Below the pieces are notes generated by a model. That model was not told where the DNA came from. It made no database searches and worked only from the letters and a program-made list of their open reading frames with translations. The translations under genes were made by a program, and so were the position numbers. A stretch of DNA of 64,000 bases, taken from NCBI RefSeq assembly GCF_030028105.1, contig NC_092378.1, positions 107,559,731 to 107,623,730 on the forward strand, given 5' to 3'. How positions within the stretch are numbered: position 1 is the stretch's first letter; every line of letters starts with the position of its first letter. The stretch comes from Mobula birostris (taxonomy: Eukaryota). Shown piece after piece: positions 39,472-52,933 of the stretch.

Positions 39472-40596
39472 AAATGCAAAGAATCATTCTCTAATTTTGT
39501 TGAATAATAATTCAATACATTGATTTTTAAACTGTAGAACTCTCTCCTTGTTAATTGAAGTTCAACCCTTAACTTCATTTTGCTGATTACAATTTTTCAT
39601 TAAATAAAATACTTATTTTTCAGAAATTAATATGTTTCTGATGTTGAAATCAAATCAATGTCTATTATAATATAACTTGAATAATGGGATTGTACCAATG
39701 GAACAATTGAGGACAAAATACACCATTAAATTAGACAAAATTATTTAAGTATCACTGGGCTACAACAGTAATGTGCACTTCATGGTCCCTGGGGTCTTTC
39801 TGACTGATGACTCTGCTATCAGCATTCACTAGGTAACTAATAGCAATTTACATCGTCAGTAGGTAGACTTATGAATTTGTTAAGTGGACACATATGGATA
39901 AAGCTCTGTTTCTATTTTGTGTGTCTATTCAAGGTTGAACCAGCCATGAGCATTCACAAACCTACTATAGGTGGAATGTAAACATGAAAAGACCAATGAG
40001 GGAAAATGTAAATCCTCTTTTAACATAAATGTGAGACTTTATAATAGGGAATAATAAAATGTCAGAGGAATTAAACAAATGCAACCTGTCTGTTAGTGTA
40101 TTGAATTTTCATTAAGCTTGTGTTCGGGAGAAGACAAACAAGGACAACTCACATAGAACTTGGGGTCACTGTGTCCTTTGAGAGTTGTTTAACAAATGGA
40201 AAACAGAGTAGAGGAACAGATCCTTCATAGATAGTCAGGCTGCAGCTGATAAGGTCCAACAAGGATCAGTGCTAGGATCCCAAATACTTACATTGTCTAT
40301 TAACAGTATGTCTGAGAAGACCTGATGTAACATTTTCAGATTTCTTAAGAGAACCAGAGAACTAATTGGGAATTTCTGTTCAGCCTGCATCTAGAGTATT
40401 GTATTCAGTTCTGGTCACTCATCATTGGAAGGATGTGGAGGTCATGGAGAGGGTTTAGAAGAGGTTTACCAGTGTGCTGGCTGGATTGAAGAGAATGTGC
40501 TATAAGGAGAGTGAACAGATGAGAATTGTTTTCAGTGGAATAGGAGCGGGGTGTCCTGACAGAAATTTATAAAATTATGAAAGGTTTAGATAGGGT

Positions 40597-43500
40597 TTAA
40601 ATGCGTCTCAAACAGCCTCTGACAACCAAGTCCAACTCCTGGCCTTCATATGTGGCATAGTTCTTATGCCCAGCGGAGCTGTTCTCACTGACAGGAGAAG
40701 GGGCAAATGTGGGCCACTGGCGCCTTAAAACCGGTAGCTCTGGGCAGATGGAGCCCGTTAACCACGGATGGTTGCTCATCTAGGAGAGGGAGAACTCCGA
40801 TTTCAAACCTCCGCTGCCTTGCGGCTATATCCTCTCATGGGAAAGGCTTCGGGAGTAAACCCAGAGGAAGAATCCGGAGTTAGAGTCGGAGTCCGGAAGG
40901 CGGCTGACTGCTGTACCCAGCACCGGCATGGCAACTCCTGCCATGCTGCTGGCACCGAACCGCACCGACTTTCCTCGCTCCTTTGGACCTGTCATCAGCA
41001 TGGGGGGGGGTCCCACTGCATGGGAACAGACGGATCTCTATATCAGCTCTGCCCTGGCTTGTGCCCTGGAGAGGCCACTCCAGCTTTGCTTTATAGCACT
41101 GGACAAACATGGGAAGCAGCAGCTACCGGTTATAATTCATAATGCTTGATTGGCGTAGAGCATGGCGCCAGGGGTTGCTTCCGACAGTGGGAGAGACCAT
41201 TGCGTTTCACTGGACAGCTACCACCCGCCTCTAGCTGGGCAGACCCCAGCCAATAAGGTGCTGTCACGCCACAATCAGTCTTCCTCATTGGGTGCATGGG
41301 GATAATGGATTATTCCATGAAGCGATGACTTTAACTACTGCACCAGACAAGAAAGAAAACAAGTCAAATAAGACAATACCCTTCAAGTTGGGATGTTAGA
41401 ATGTCCATACAATGATGACTGGACTTGACCAAAACTTCAAGGATGTCAAAGATGTACGAAAAACAGCGGTCATTAACAATGAGCTACTAAGGCTCAAGGT
41501 AGATATAACTGCCCTACAAGAAATCTTCCGTCCTTGGATTCACTTTACACCCCACGCTGTCGGAGTAGTGCTGCCAGGATAATCAAGGACACGACCCACC
41601 CAGCCAACACACTTTTCGTCCCTCTTCTCTCTGGGAGAAGGCTCAGGAACTTGAAGACTTGTACAGCCAGATTTGGGAACAGCTTCTTTCCAACTGTGAT
41701 AAGACTGCTGAACGGATCCTGACCCGGATCTGGGCTGTACCCTCCAAATATCCGGACCTGCATCTCGGTTTTTTTTGCACTACCTTACTTTCCCTTTTCT
41801 ATTTTCTATTTATGATTTATAATTTAAATTTTTAATATTTACTATCGATTTGTACTCCAGGGAGCGCGAAGCACAGAATCAAATATCGTTGTGATGATTG
41901 TACACTCTAGTATCAATTGTTTGGCGACAATAAAGTATAAAGTAACATGTTTGGCGGATTCAGGTACACTGAAGGAAAGGGGCTACACATTTTTCGGGCA
42001 GGGAAAGAACCAAGACGAGCCCTGCGAGCATGGAATGGGCTTTTCCATTAGCAACTCCTTGTTGCAAATGGTGGAACCACCAGAAAATGGATCAGAACGA
42101 TTTATGACTCTCCGCCTACACACCAGTCACGGCCCACTATCTCTCGTCAGTGTGTATGCCCCTACCTTGAACTCCACCTCTGAGACAAAAGACATGTTCT
42201 ACAATTTAGAAGCTGTTGTCAGGAATATTCCCAGTGACGAGCACCTCGTTCTCCTTGGTGACTTCAACACCAGAGTGGAAGCCGATAATGATTCCTGGCC
42301 GTCTTGTCTTGGCCACTTTGAAATTGGCAAAATAAATGACAATGGACAATATCTTCTGGAGTTCTGCTCCTATCATGGCCTGTGTGTAACTTCTTCCTAC
42401 TTTCAGACAAAGTCGCAGTACAAGGTCTAATGGCGACATCCATGGTCTAAACACTGGCACCAACTAGACATGATCATCACCTGGCGCTCTTTCATCAACT
42501 CTGTACTGATCACCCGCTCATACCACAGTGCAGACTACGATACGGATCATGCTTTAGTATGCTGCAAGATCAAACTATGTCTGAAGAAAATTCACCACTC
42601 CAAACAAACTGGAAAACCTCGCATCAACACAACAGAGATGAAACAGTCAGAAAAGGTTGACCGGTTTTCCAAGTCAGTACAAGGTGCTATGACTACCTCC
42701 TCACAAGGAGAAACTGCAACAGAACAATGGTCATACCTTCGCGACACCATCCGCAAATCAGCACTCTCAGTCTTTGGAAGAAAGACCACAAAGAACAGTG
42801 ACTGGTTCGAGGCAAAGTCCAACATCTTGACTCCTGTCATCAAAGCCAAGCGTGCAGCTCTCACAGAGTACAAGCGTTCACCATCTGACCAAACACTCCA
42901 GGCACTTTGAGCTGCTAGAAGCAAAATGCAACAGACTGCAAGTCAGTGCGCAAATGAGTACTGGCTCCGGCTCAGTGAGGACATTCAGACAGCAGCTGTG
43001 ACAGGCAACATCTGATCAATGTATGATGGTATCACCAATAAAAGCAAGCAGATGGAATGCTTGGTAGAACACTACTCTGAGCTCTACTCGAGGAAAAATG
43101 TTGTTGTTAGCTCAGCCATTGATGCCATCGATTGTCTCCCAGTCATGGATGAACTCGACTCTAACCAATCATTGAGGCCCTCAGCAAGGCAATGGACAGT
43201 CCTGTCCCAGGGAAAGCTCCTGGCAAAGATGGGATTCCTCCAGACCTGATCAAACACTGCAAGAGCTCACTCCTCCAACCTTTACACGAGGTCCTCCGTC
43301 AGTGCTGGAAGGAAGGAGCCTTACCACAGGATATGCGCGACTCCAAAATCGTCACTTTGTACAAGAACAAACGTGACAGGGAGACTGCAGCAACTACAGG
43401 GATATCTCCCCCCTGAGTGTTGTCGGCAAAGTCTTTGCTCGTGTGGCTCTGGCATGTCTACAAATTCTGGCAGAACGGGTCTACCCTGAGTCCTGATGTG

Positions 43501-45067
43501 GTTTTCATGCAAGGAGGTCAACTGTCGACATGATTTTCTCACTCCATCAACTCCAAAAGTGCAGGGAACAACAGAAACCCCTCTATGTCACTTTCATCGA
43601 CTTGACCAAGGCATTCGGCCTTGTCAGCAGGGATGGGCTCTTTCAGATTCTCCTCAAGATCGGCTGTCCCCCGAAACTCCAAAGTATCATCAAGTCATTC
43701 CGTGACGGCATAAGGGCTACTGTTCAGTACGATGGCAGCTCATCAGAACCCTTCGCTATTCGTAGTGGAGTCAAACAAGGATGCGTGTTGGCCCCAACAT
43801 TATTCAGCATCTTCTTCTCTCTGCTATTGAAGCACGCGTTTGGGACGACGACAGAATGTATCTACGTGCACAGCAGGTCTGATGGGTAGCTGTTCAACCC
43901 TGCGTGCCTGAGAGCATGAACAAAGGTGCGAAAGATCTTAATACATGACATGCTCTTTGCCGAAGACGCTGCTATAACCTCGCACACCAAACTCTCATGG
44001 ACCGCTTCTCTAAGGCAAGCAACAACTTCGGGCTTACCATCTGCCTAAAGAAAACAAATGTCCTTGCCCAGAATGCAGTGGAGACACCAGTCATTACCAT
44101 CGACAATTACGATCTAGAAGTGGTCCACGAGTTCACATACTTGGGGTTGACCATTGGTGACACTCTCTCCCTCGATGCTGAAATCAATAGGCGTATCAGC
44201 AAAACAACACCAATCCTTGCTCGACTCTCCTTGCGGGTCTGGGTGAATCCGAAACTCACTACAAAGACCAAGACTGCCTTGTACAATGCCTGTATTATCA
44301 GCATCCTCCTGTATGGTAGCGAGACTTAGGTAGGCTGGTCTTGGACTTATTTCCTGGCATAATTTACATATTACTATTTAACTATTTATGGTTTTATTAC
44401 TATTTATTACTTATAGTGCAACTGTAACGAAAATCAATTTCCGCCGGCATCAATAAAGTATGACTACTCGGAACAGGAGAAGAAACTCAATAGTTTTCAC
44501 CTGCACAGCTTTCGCCGCATTCTCTGCATCACCTGGAGAGACAAAGTCCCAAACTCTGAGGTCCTCTCCTGCGCTGGATTTCCCACAACGTTCACGCTTT
44601 TAAAGGAACGTAGACAGTGCTGGCTGGACCACGTCTGTCGTTTGAAGGATGGTAGACTGCCAAAGGACATCCTCTACAGTGAACTGGCAACAGGCAAGAG
44701 GAACGTTGGTAGACCCGAGCTTCGCTTCAAGGACCTCTGCAAGCACGCCATGAAAGCCTTAAAAATCAACAGCGAGTGCTGGGAGGATACGGCAGATGAC
44801 AGCAACAAATGGTGAGGTGCTCTTCAGCAGCACCTAGAGCAAGGCGAAAGAGTGATCCTGAGTCAGTCTGAGGAGCGGAGAGCTAAATGGAGAGCACAGC
44901 AGACAGCAGACAACAATTCCACGATGCCCTACTCATGCAGCAACTGTGGCAGAGCCTACCATTCCAGCATCGGCTTCAACAGCCACAGTCAACGCTGCTC
45001 GACAAGCCAGTAACTACCAGAGGCGCAGTACCCATGGTCAACCATGACCAACGGAGGCCACATGCAG
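40597..45067 (+). mobile_element. Near full-length decayed RTE-clade LINE with 9-bp TSD AGATAGGGT (40588-40596 / 45068-45076), copy B only
   Basis: Long 5' UTR; APE domain (LQE, VYAPT, LGDFN, DTDH); RT (FIDLTKAF, GVKQGCVLAPTLF, LFAED); C-terminal Cys/His motif CSNC..H...C. Empty site at ~7210-7225 in copy A. Confidence 0.92.
41523..41944 (+). mobile_element. Rex/Babar-like 3' fragment nested in the RTE
   Basis: Splits the RTE codons LQE|TCLADSG; has IIKDTTHPAN..LSGRRLR and an AATAAA + (AAGTAT) tail. Confidence 0.75.
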
Positions 45068-48000
45068 AGATAGGGTAGGCAGGCAGTCTTCTTGCCCAGG
45101 AATGAAATGCTTGGGAGGCAATGCATTTAAGAGAAGAGAGGGAAAATCAAAAGAAATGTATAGCACTGTTGTTACATGTACAGGAAAGTGTTGGGTTCCT
45201 GTAATGTGTTACCATGGGTGATACGATAGAGGTGTTGAAGACGCTCTCAGAAAGATGCATGAATGCGCAGAGAACGAGGGATATGGACAACATGCAGGTA
45301 GAATGGATTAGATATCACTAGCTTAGTTAGTCTGGCTGAAGGGATTTTTTTCTATCTTGCACTGTTTTAGGTTCTAAAGCCTTGGTAAAATAACAGCTAT
45401 ACTATTGTACATAATTTTGGCCCTGCTGTCTAAAAACGACATGTTCGCTTGTAAGAAGTGCTGTAAAGTTTCAAAGGACTGGTCAGAATATCACATGTGG
45501 GATAAAATCACACAATAATAATAAACCAACAAGCTAATTTTCCAATTTAATTCAGAGAAGGTTGGAAATACTCGGGGGGTCAGGTCACATCTGTGAGATT
45601 TCTTCTTTCTCAGTCTGACCTATTGAGTAATCCCAGCATTCTGTTTGTGAGCTTTCCAGCATTTGCAAGTGGTTGTGATTGTCAGATGTGAGGCTGCTCA
45701 CCACTGATAGTACAATGTTCAAATATATTTTCTACTCAGCAAATGAAGTAGCCCATGCTTGATACAACAATCCGCACGCTACATTCTGCCATAAGTAGCT
45801 GGTAACATTCACATCACCCAAGTGCCAAGTAACAAGGATCTCAAGGATGTCCAGCAAGATGCCATGCAGACATTTGTCCTTGTGTTCAAGAACATTATTA
45901 TCATTGAGCCCCACCATCAACATCCTGGGAGTCACTACTGTCCGAGTACCAAACTGGATCAGCTACAGAACTGCTTTGGACCGACGTCTGGTTATGCAAT
46001 GGTCAGTGTCTGGTTATGCAATGGCAAGTGATTCACTTATACCTCAATAAGAACTTTCCAACTTCTAAAGGTACAATTCTGCAGTGTGATGGAATACTCG
46101 CTAATTGCCTGAATGAATGCTTCTCCCTCATCACTCAAGAAGCTCGACACCATTCAGCTTGGACACCAGTTTGCTTGAATATTCCCCGATCAGTCGTCCA
46201 TGCAGCCTGTCCTCTCCAGCCACTGCCCACACTGCTAGGTGCATAACAACAGAATCCAGAATAGAGTGTTACTGTTACTGAGAAAATGCAATGCAAGCTG
46301 ACAGTAAGATTCAAGGCCGCAGTGAGGTAGATTGTGAGGTCAAGACATTATCCTACTAGGGTACTATTTAATGCCCTTATAACAAGCTGAACAGAAGTTG
46401 TCCTTGAACTGAGTAGGATATACTTTCAAACATTTATATCTTCTGGCCTATGGGAGGTCTTTGATTATTCTGACTTCTTCGTCAGAGCAGCAAAAACTGT
46501 TGACAATATCCATGGAAACACTGGTGCTTTCCATGGACAAAAATGCTGGTTTTTATTCTATGTTAAACTTTGTTCACAAACCTTTGCATTTTCTGGCGAT
46601 TATAGGGAGAGCAGTTGCCATATCAACCTGTGATGCATCTGGATAGGATGCATTCTATGGTGTATCAATAAAATCTAGTGACAGTCAGATGGGACATGAC
46701 AGATTTCTTTCGCCTTCAGAAGAAACTGAGATTTCTTAGCCATGATGTCTACATGGTTGAACTAGGAGCCTGTGGGTGATATTTACTCCTGGGAACTTGA
46801 AGCTCTCAACCTACTTGATCTCAACACCGTTGATGTAATTAGGTGTGTGTGCACTACCTACCCTCGTGAAGTCAATGACCAGCTCTTTTGTTTCACTGAC
46901 ATTGAGAGAAAGATTGTTGTCATGACAGCATGTTACTAGGCTCTTACTTTACTCAGATTGTTTTTATTTCAGATTCAGCTCACTGTGCTGGTATCATTTG
47001 TAAACTTGTAGCTGCCCTCTGTTCATGTGTTCATTCTGAAGCTGAAGCAGCATGCTACAACTCTAGAGAGTCACCAGCACGATTTACAGTGAGGCGCATT
47101 AGATACCAAGCCTACATCTACTTGATTTAAATAGCACGAGAGAGACATACATTGCTAGTTTTGCACACAAAAATGCAGGAAAGGAATTACTAGAATTTTT
47201 TTTCATTGTAAGTTTGAGGCTTTTGTGAAGATGCTGAGCATTGGTTAGGTAAGGCGAGGTAAGATCTTTCCATCCATCCATAGTCTCAGTGGTTTAGAGG
47301 TGGCAGTCAGGGCAGCTGTGTGCTCATCCTGCAGAACATGGGAAGGTCAGGGAAGCTTCCATGGTTCCTGGTGATAATACTTGTGGGAGGTGTGCTCAGT
47401 TGCAGCTCCTGACCAACTGCATAGAGTGACTGGGGCTGTAGATGAATCAAAAGGATGAGATACAGCAGAGGGAATTGAGAGAGATGGGTAGAAGTTTAAA
47501 AAGTAGGGACAGTTGGGATGTAATCTCTGGTGTCCTAGTGAAGATGGGAATAGCAGGATAGGGTTGATGAATATGTGGTTGATGAACTGGTGCAGGATCA
47601 ACAGACACCTCGGAATGGTGGGATAGCTTCCAGGACAGAGGTTACTTGTACAAGAGAGATACGTTTCAATAGGCTTCTTGGCTGAGGCAATGGCTAGCGT
47701 TACTTGGATGTGTTTGAACAAGTTCAGCAGGATATGAATCGTAAAGTGGTTATGCAATCAATGAGAAAACTGGAGTAAATATGAAGTTTCAAGTGAAGAA
47801 ATCCAGTCAGCAAGGTCAGGACAAAGAGTGAGGAAGGTCTGATCACCTAAGCTGCAAGTAGCCTGACAGGCTGATGATCTCGGAGTATCTTTAGCATGTG
47901 GGATTGTGATATTATATCTCTTACAGAAACATGATACATTGAGTGGATAGCATTTGCTTGGATCGTCAAGAAGCTTTTAAAAAGGTCCGGCCCTCAATGC

Positions 48001-49989
48001 TGCTATTCTGGATAAGAGATAAAGTACAAGTATAGATAGAAACGTGGTTGATTGCCAGAAGTTAGAGAGTGGAGATAAAGGGATACTTTTCAGTATGACC
48101 ACTGGTGACTTTTGGAATTCCAAAGAGGTCAATTTTAGAATTGAAGCTTTTCACTTTATACATTAATGATCTGGATGAAGAAACAGATGATAATGTGGCT
48201 ACGGTTGAGGAGAAAATTCAGAAATCAGAGGTGTAAAGTTACTTGAGAGTCCATGTTCAGCGTTCCCTCAGGGTTAGCTTGCAGCTTGAGTGAATAGTAA
48301 AGAAGGCAAATGCAGTGCCAGCATTCCAGTTTTGGAGGATTAGAATATAAAACTAAACAGAAAATGTTTTGTAAGTCATGCTGTACTGTACAAAAGTCTC
48401 AGGCATACATATATAATTAGGGTGCCAAAGACTTTTACGGAGTATCATATTTATCAACATGGAGTGGAGAATAGCAACATTGTGAGCAATTTTGGGCCCT
48501 GTTTCTCAGGAAGGGTGTACTAGCTTGGAGGGGGACCAGACACTCACAAGAATGAAAGGCTTATTACATGAGGAGTGTTTGATATCTACATAAGGAGTGT
48601 TTGATATCTCTGGGCCTGTACTCAAAGGAGCTCAGAAGTGTAATGAGATATCTTAATGAAACCTATTCAATAATGAAAGGCCTGGATAGAGTGGATGTGG
48701 TGAGGATGTTTCCATTGTTACGAGACACTGGGATGCAAAGGCATGCCCTCAGAATAAAGGCTTGAATTTTTAAAAGAGATTAGGAGGAATTTCTTCAGCC
48801 AGAGAGTGGTGCTGATGTGGAATCTGTTGCTAATGGAGGCTGCAGAGGCCAATTTGTTGGGTGTATTTGGGGCTGATAGATTCTAATTCCATCATGGACA
48901 GTCAAAAGCTCGGCTAAGAAAGGAGGAGGGTTGGGATGGGGCTAGCAACCCCATACAGTAAATAATCCAGAGCTACAGAAATGGCAACAGGGGTTTTAAG
49001 TACCTCATCCCTATAAAGGAAAGAAACATCAAGAAGGTGGACTACACCTGAGAATAACTTGAAAGACAGGCCCAGGACACAAGACTCTGGTGAGCTACTA
49101 ACGATGACCTGTGCCTCAGTAAGGGTGATGGGCTTAAGCTGATAGGTACTTGATTAGTAAAGAGGTTTCTTGTTATGGAGAGAAGCAGAAAACTGAGATG
49201 GAGAACAATCAGCCATGATTGAATGGTGGAGAAAACTTAAAGGGTTGAGTAGCTTAACTCTGCTCCTATATCCAAGAATGAAAGGGTTATCATATGAGGA
49301 ATGTTTGATAGCTCTGGGTCTGTACTCTCTGGAATTTAAAAGGTTGAAGGGGAATCTCATTGAAACCTTTTGAATGTTGAAAAGCCGAGACAGAGTAAAT
49401 GTGTCTCATCGATGGTTCCTATGGTGGGGGAGTCTAGGACAAGAGGGCACAGGATAGAGAGGTATTCATTTAAAACAGAGATGTGGAGACATTTCTTTAG
49501 ACAGAGGATGGTGAATTTGTAGAACTTGTTACCACAGGCAGCTGTGGCGGTCAGGTCGTTGGGTGTATTTAAGGCTGAGCTTGATAGGTTCTTGGTTGGA
49601 CAAGGCATCAAAAGTTACAGGGAGAAGAACGGGGAGTGAGGCTGAGTTAGGGAGGAAAGGATCAGCCATGTTTGAATAGTGGAGCAGTCTTGATGGTCCA
49701 AATGGCCTAATTCTGATCCTGTGTCTTCAGGTCTTATGGTCTTATATTAATCTTATGGTTGAGGGATGGTCAGGACTGGTAGTTCAATTTTGCAAAGTAT
49801 CATTCTTCCAGTGTGAGAAAGGTGGAATTAAGAGAGAAAGGTGGGATATGATATTGATTAGGAGGAACATCACATAAGTATTTACAGTGGATATTCCAGG
49901 GAAAAGATGCTGTAACTTCATGTAGGTAAAACTAAAAAATCAGAAAAGTGTAACAAGTCTGATGGGATGTTCTACAGTGCCCCCAACAT

Positions 49990-50990
49990 TCCATAAAACC
50001 ATAAGATGTAGGAGCAGAAGTAGGCTATTCAGCCCATCGAGTCTGCTCCACCATTCAATCATGAGCTGATCCAATTCTTCCAGTCATCCCCACTCCCCTG
50101 CCTTCTCTCCATATCCTTTGATGCCCCAGCTAATCAAGAACCTTTCTATCTCTGCCTTAAATACACCCAATGACTTAGCCTCCACAGGCGCACATAGCAA
50201 CAACTTCCACAGATTTAGCACCCTCCAACTAAAGTAATTTCTCCACATCTCTGTGTTAAGTGGACAACCTTCAATGTTGAAGTAGTGCTTTCTTGTCCTA
50301 GACTCCCCTACCATGGGAAATAACTTTGCCATATCTAATCTGTTCAGGTCTTTTAACATTTCGAATGTTTCTGTGAGATCCCCCCCCCTTATTCTCCTGA
50401 ACTCCAGGGAATACAGCCCAAGAGCTATCAAACGCTCCTCATACGGTAACCCTTTCGTTCCTGGAATCATTCTTGTGACTCTCCTCTGGACCCTCTCCAA
50501 TGTCAGTAAATCTTTTCTAAAATAAGGAGCCCAAAACTGCACACAATACTCCAAGTGTGGTCGCATGAGTGCCTTGTAGAGCCTCAACATCACATCCCTG
50601 CTCTTATATTCTATATCTCTATAAATGAATGTCAACATTGCATTCACCTTCTTCACCACGAACTCCACCTGGAGGTTAACCTTTAGGGTATCCTGCACAA
50701 AGACTCCCAAGTCCCTTTGCATCTCTGCATTTTGAATTCCCTCCCCAACTAAATAATAGTCTGCCAGTTTATTTCTTCCACCGAAGTGCATAACCATGCA
50801 TGTTCTACATTGTATTTCATTTGCCACTTCTCTACCCATTCCCCTAAACTATCTAAGTCTCTCTGCAGGCTCTCTGTTTCCTCAACACTACCCACTCCTC
50901 CATCTATCTTTGTATCATCGACAAATTTAGCCACAAATCCATTAATCCCATAGTCCAAATCATTGACATACATCATAAAAAGCAGCAAGG
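49990..50990 (-). mobile_element. CR1 LINE 3' fragment
   Basis: ORFs 50084..50839 and 50749..51006 (AKFVDDTK, RPHLEYCVQFW). Confidence 0.85.
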
Positions 50991-52837
50991 GGCAAATATG
51001 TAGCAAAACCCAAGTTAGTGATAGAAATGATAGGGCTATAATAGTAGGTCATTGTAACTTCCCTAATGTTGACTGGTGTTGCACAGTGCAAAGGGATTAG
51101 GTGCAGTAGAAGTTTATAAAAGTTGTAAAAGTGAGTTTTCTGAAGCAATATGTAGTTGGCTCTATTAGGGAAGGAGTTACACTTGACATCAGTAGACAAT
51201 GAATCTAGGCAAGTAGCTGAAGTGTTAATGGTGGGACACTTCAAGACATTTGTGGAAAGGGTTAGTACTAGTTCAAAGGTTAACGTTCTCTTTGGGGCAA
51301 AACTAATTTTGATGGAATTGGGAGACGCTGCAGCAAGTAAAGGGTCATCTGGCAATTGGGAGGCTTTTAAAAGTGAGGCACAGAGTTCAGAACCAACACA
51401 TTCCATTTAAAGTGAAGGGAATGGTTTGCAGTATTAGGGAACCTGAGGAATATTAAGGGTCTCGGTAAAGGCAAAGAATGTCAGATTTAGGCAACTGGGA
51501 TCGAATATGAGTCCATAGAAGAGTATAGGGGATGTAGGAGTGCACTTCGGATGGAAATCAGGAGGGTGAAAGGAGGATATGGGATGTCCTTGACAGAAAA
51601 GATGAAGGTGAATTCCCACAGTTACTACGTATATTAAAGAAAAAGGGGAAAAAGCAGAGATATGAAACCTGGTAAAACCTGGAAAATTTCAATGATATCC
51701 TGAAGCATATTGATATACAAAAGAGGAGACTTTTGCATTTGAAGCTCCTGATAGTGTATATAACCCCAAGACACTGATATCAAGTTGCTCTGATCACAGA
51801 AGGAAAACTTGCATCGCAGTGTAGACTTCCAGAAGATATATTGTAGGAGATTTCGACGGTACTTAAACCAATTGAATGGTCCAATTTCAGCATTCTAGAT
51901 GGGAAAAGTGAATTTCTCTATCTATAATGAATTTGATAGAGATAATAATGATGATTTGGCTCATGTCTATCAGTGGATGTTGAATTTTTATAACTATATG
52001 ATCAGGTATTTAAAATTGCATTGGTAACTCTGATTTGGAAAGCAAAATTCTTTTTCAGGGATTAAGTTTTGAGGAAAGCCTAAATTGGCTTTCATTTTAC
52101 CCCTGGAATGTAGGAGTCTGACTTGACATAGGTGCATAAAATAGTGAGGGGCATAAATTGACAGTCATAGCCTTTATCTGAGTGTTGGGAGTCTAAAACT
52201 AAACAGCGTAGATTTATGGTGAGAGGGAAACAATTTACAAGTAGATGAGGGGAAACTTTTTCCACACAGAGTGGAGGGTATATGAAATGAGCTGGGAGAG
52301 CAACTGTGGGGACAGGTATAATTACACTGTGGAAGAGGCATTTAAACATTTCCACAGTTAGAGATGGTTTAGATGGATATGGACCAAACATGTGAAAACA
52401 TGAGTGACTAGGTCAGGTAGACATTGGTAGGCATGCATAAGTTGGACTGAATGGCCTGTTCCATGTTGTACAACTCTACAACTCTATTTATCTATATTTA
52501 TGTGTAAAGCTTGCTTTGAGTTGAATGTATAAAAACCATTGGGAGAGATATCGATCTCCCATTTCAGATGTTTTGCTTTTCAGAAATCTCTGTTGTGAGC
52601 TTGATTCATTTACAATGGGGCAAAAAGTAACTGCCAGCCAAAGAGATATTTGTTGGTTCAATGCTTTTATATCCAAGGTCTTTCTCCTTTTTATTGTTAT
52701 CCGGTGATAGAGGTAAACAGATCGTGCAGCATTTTTGGTGTTTTTGCTAATGACATATCTGACAGGTATTTTTCTGAAATTAAGTCTATTTAATAAATCA
52801 GCCACAGCAAATGATAAAGCATTGATTGAAGTGAAAG

Positions 52838-52843
52838 TTTATT
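52838..52843 (-). terminator. alpha-2 polyadenylation signal AATAAA
   Basis: Homologous to the alpha-1 signal. Confidence 0.7.
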
Positions 52844-52933
52844 TAGCTCAGTTTATCAAATATGACAATTAATCAATGACAAAATGTGGAATTAAATGAT
52901 GATCTTGTTCACCGTAGTTTGTCGATTGCGTCT

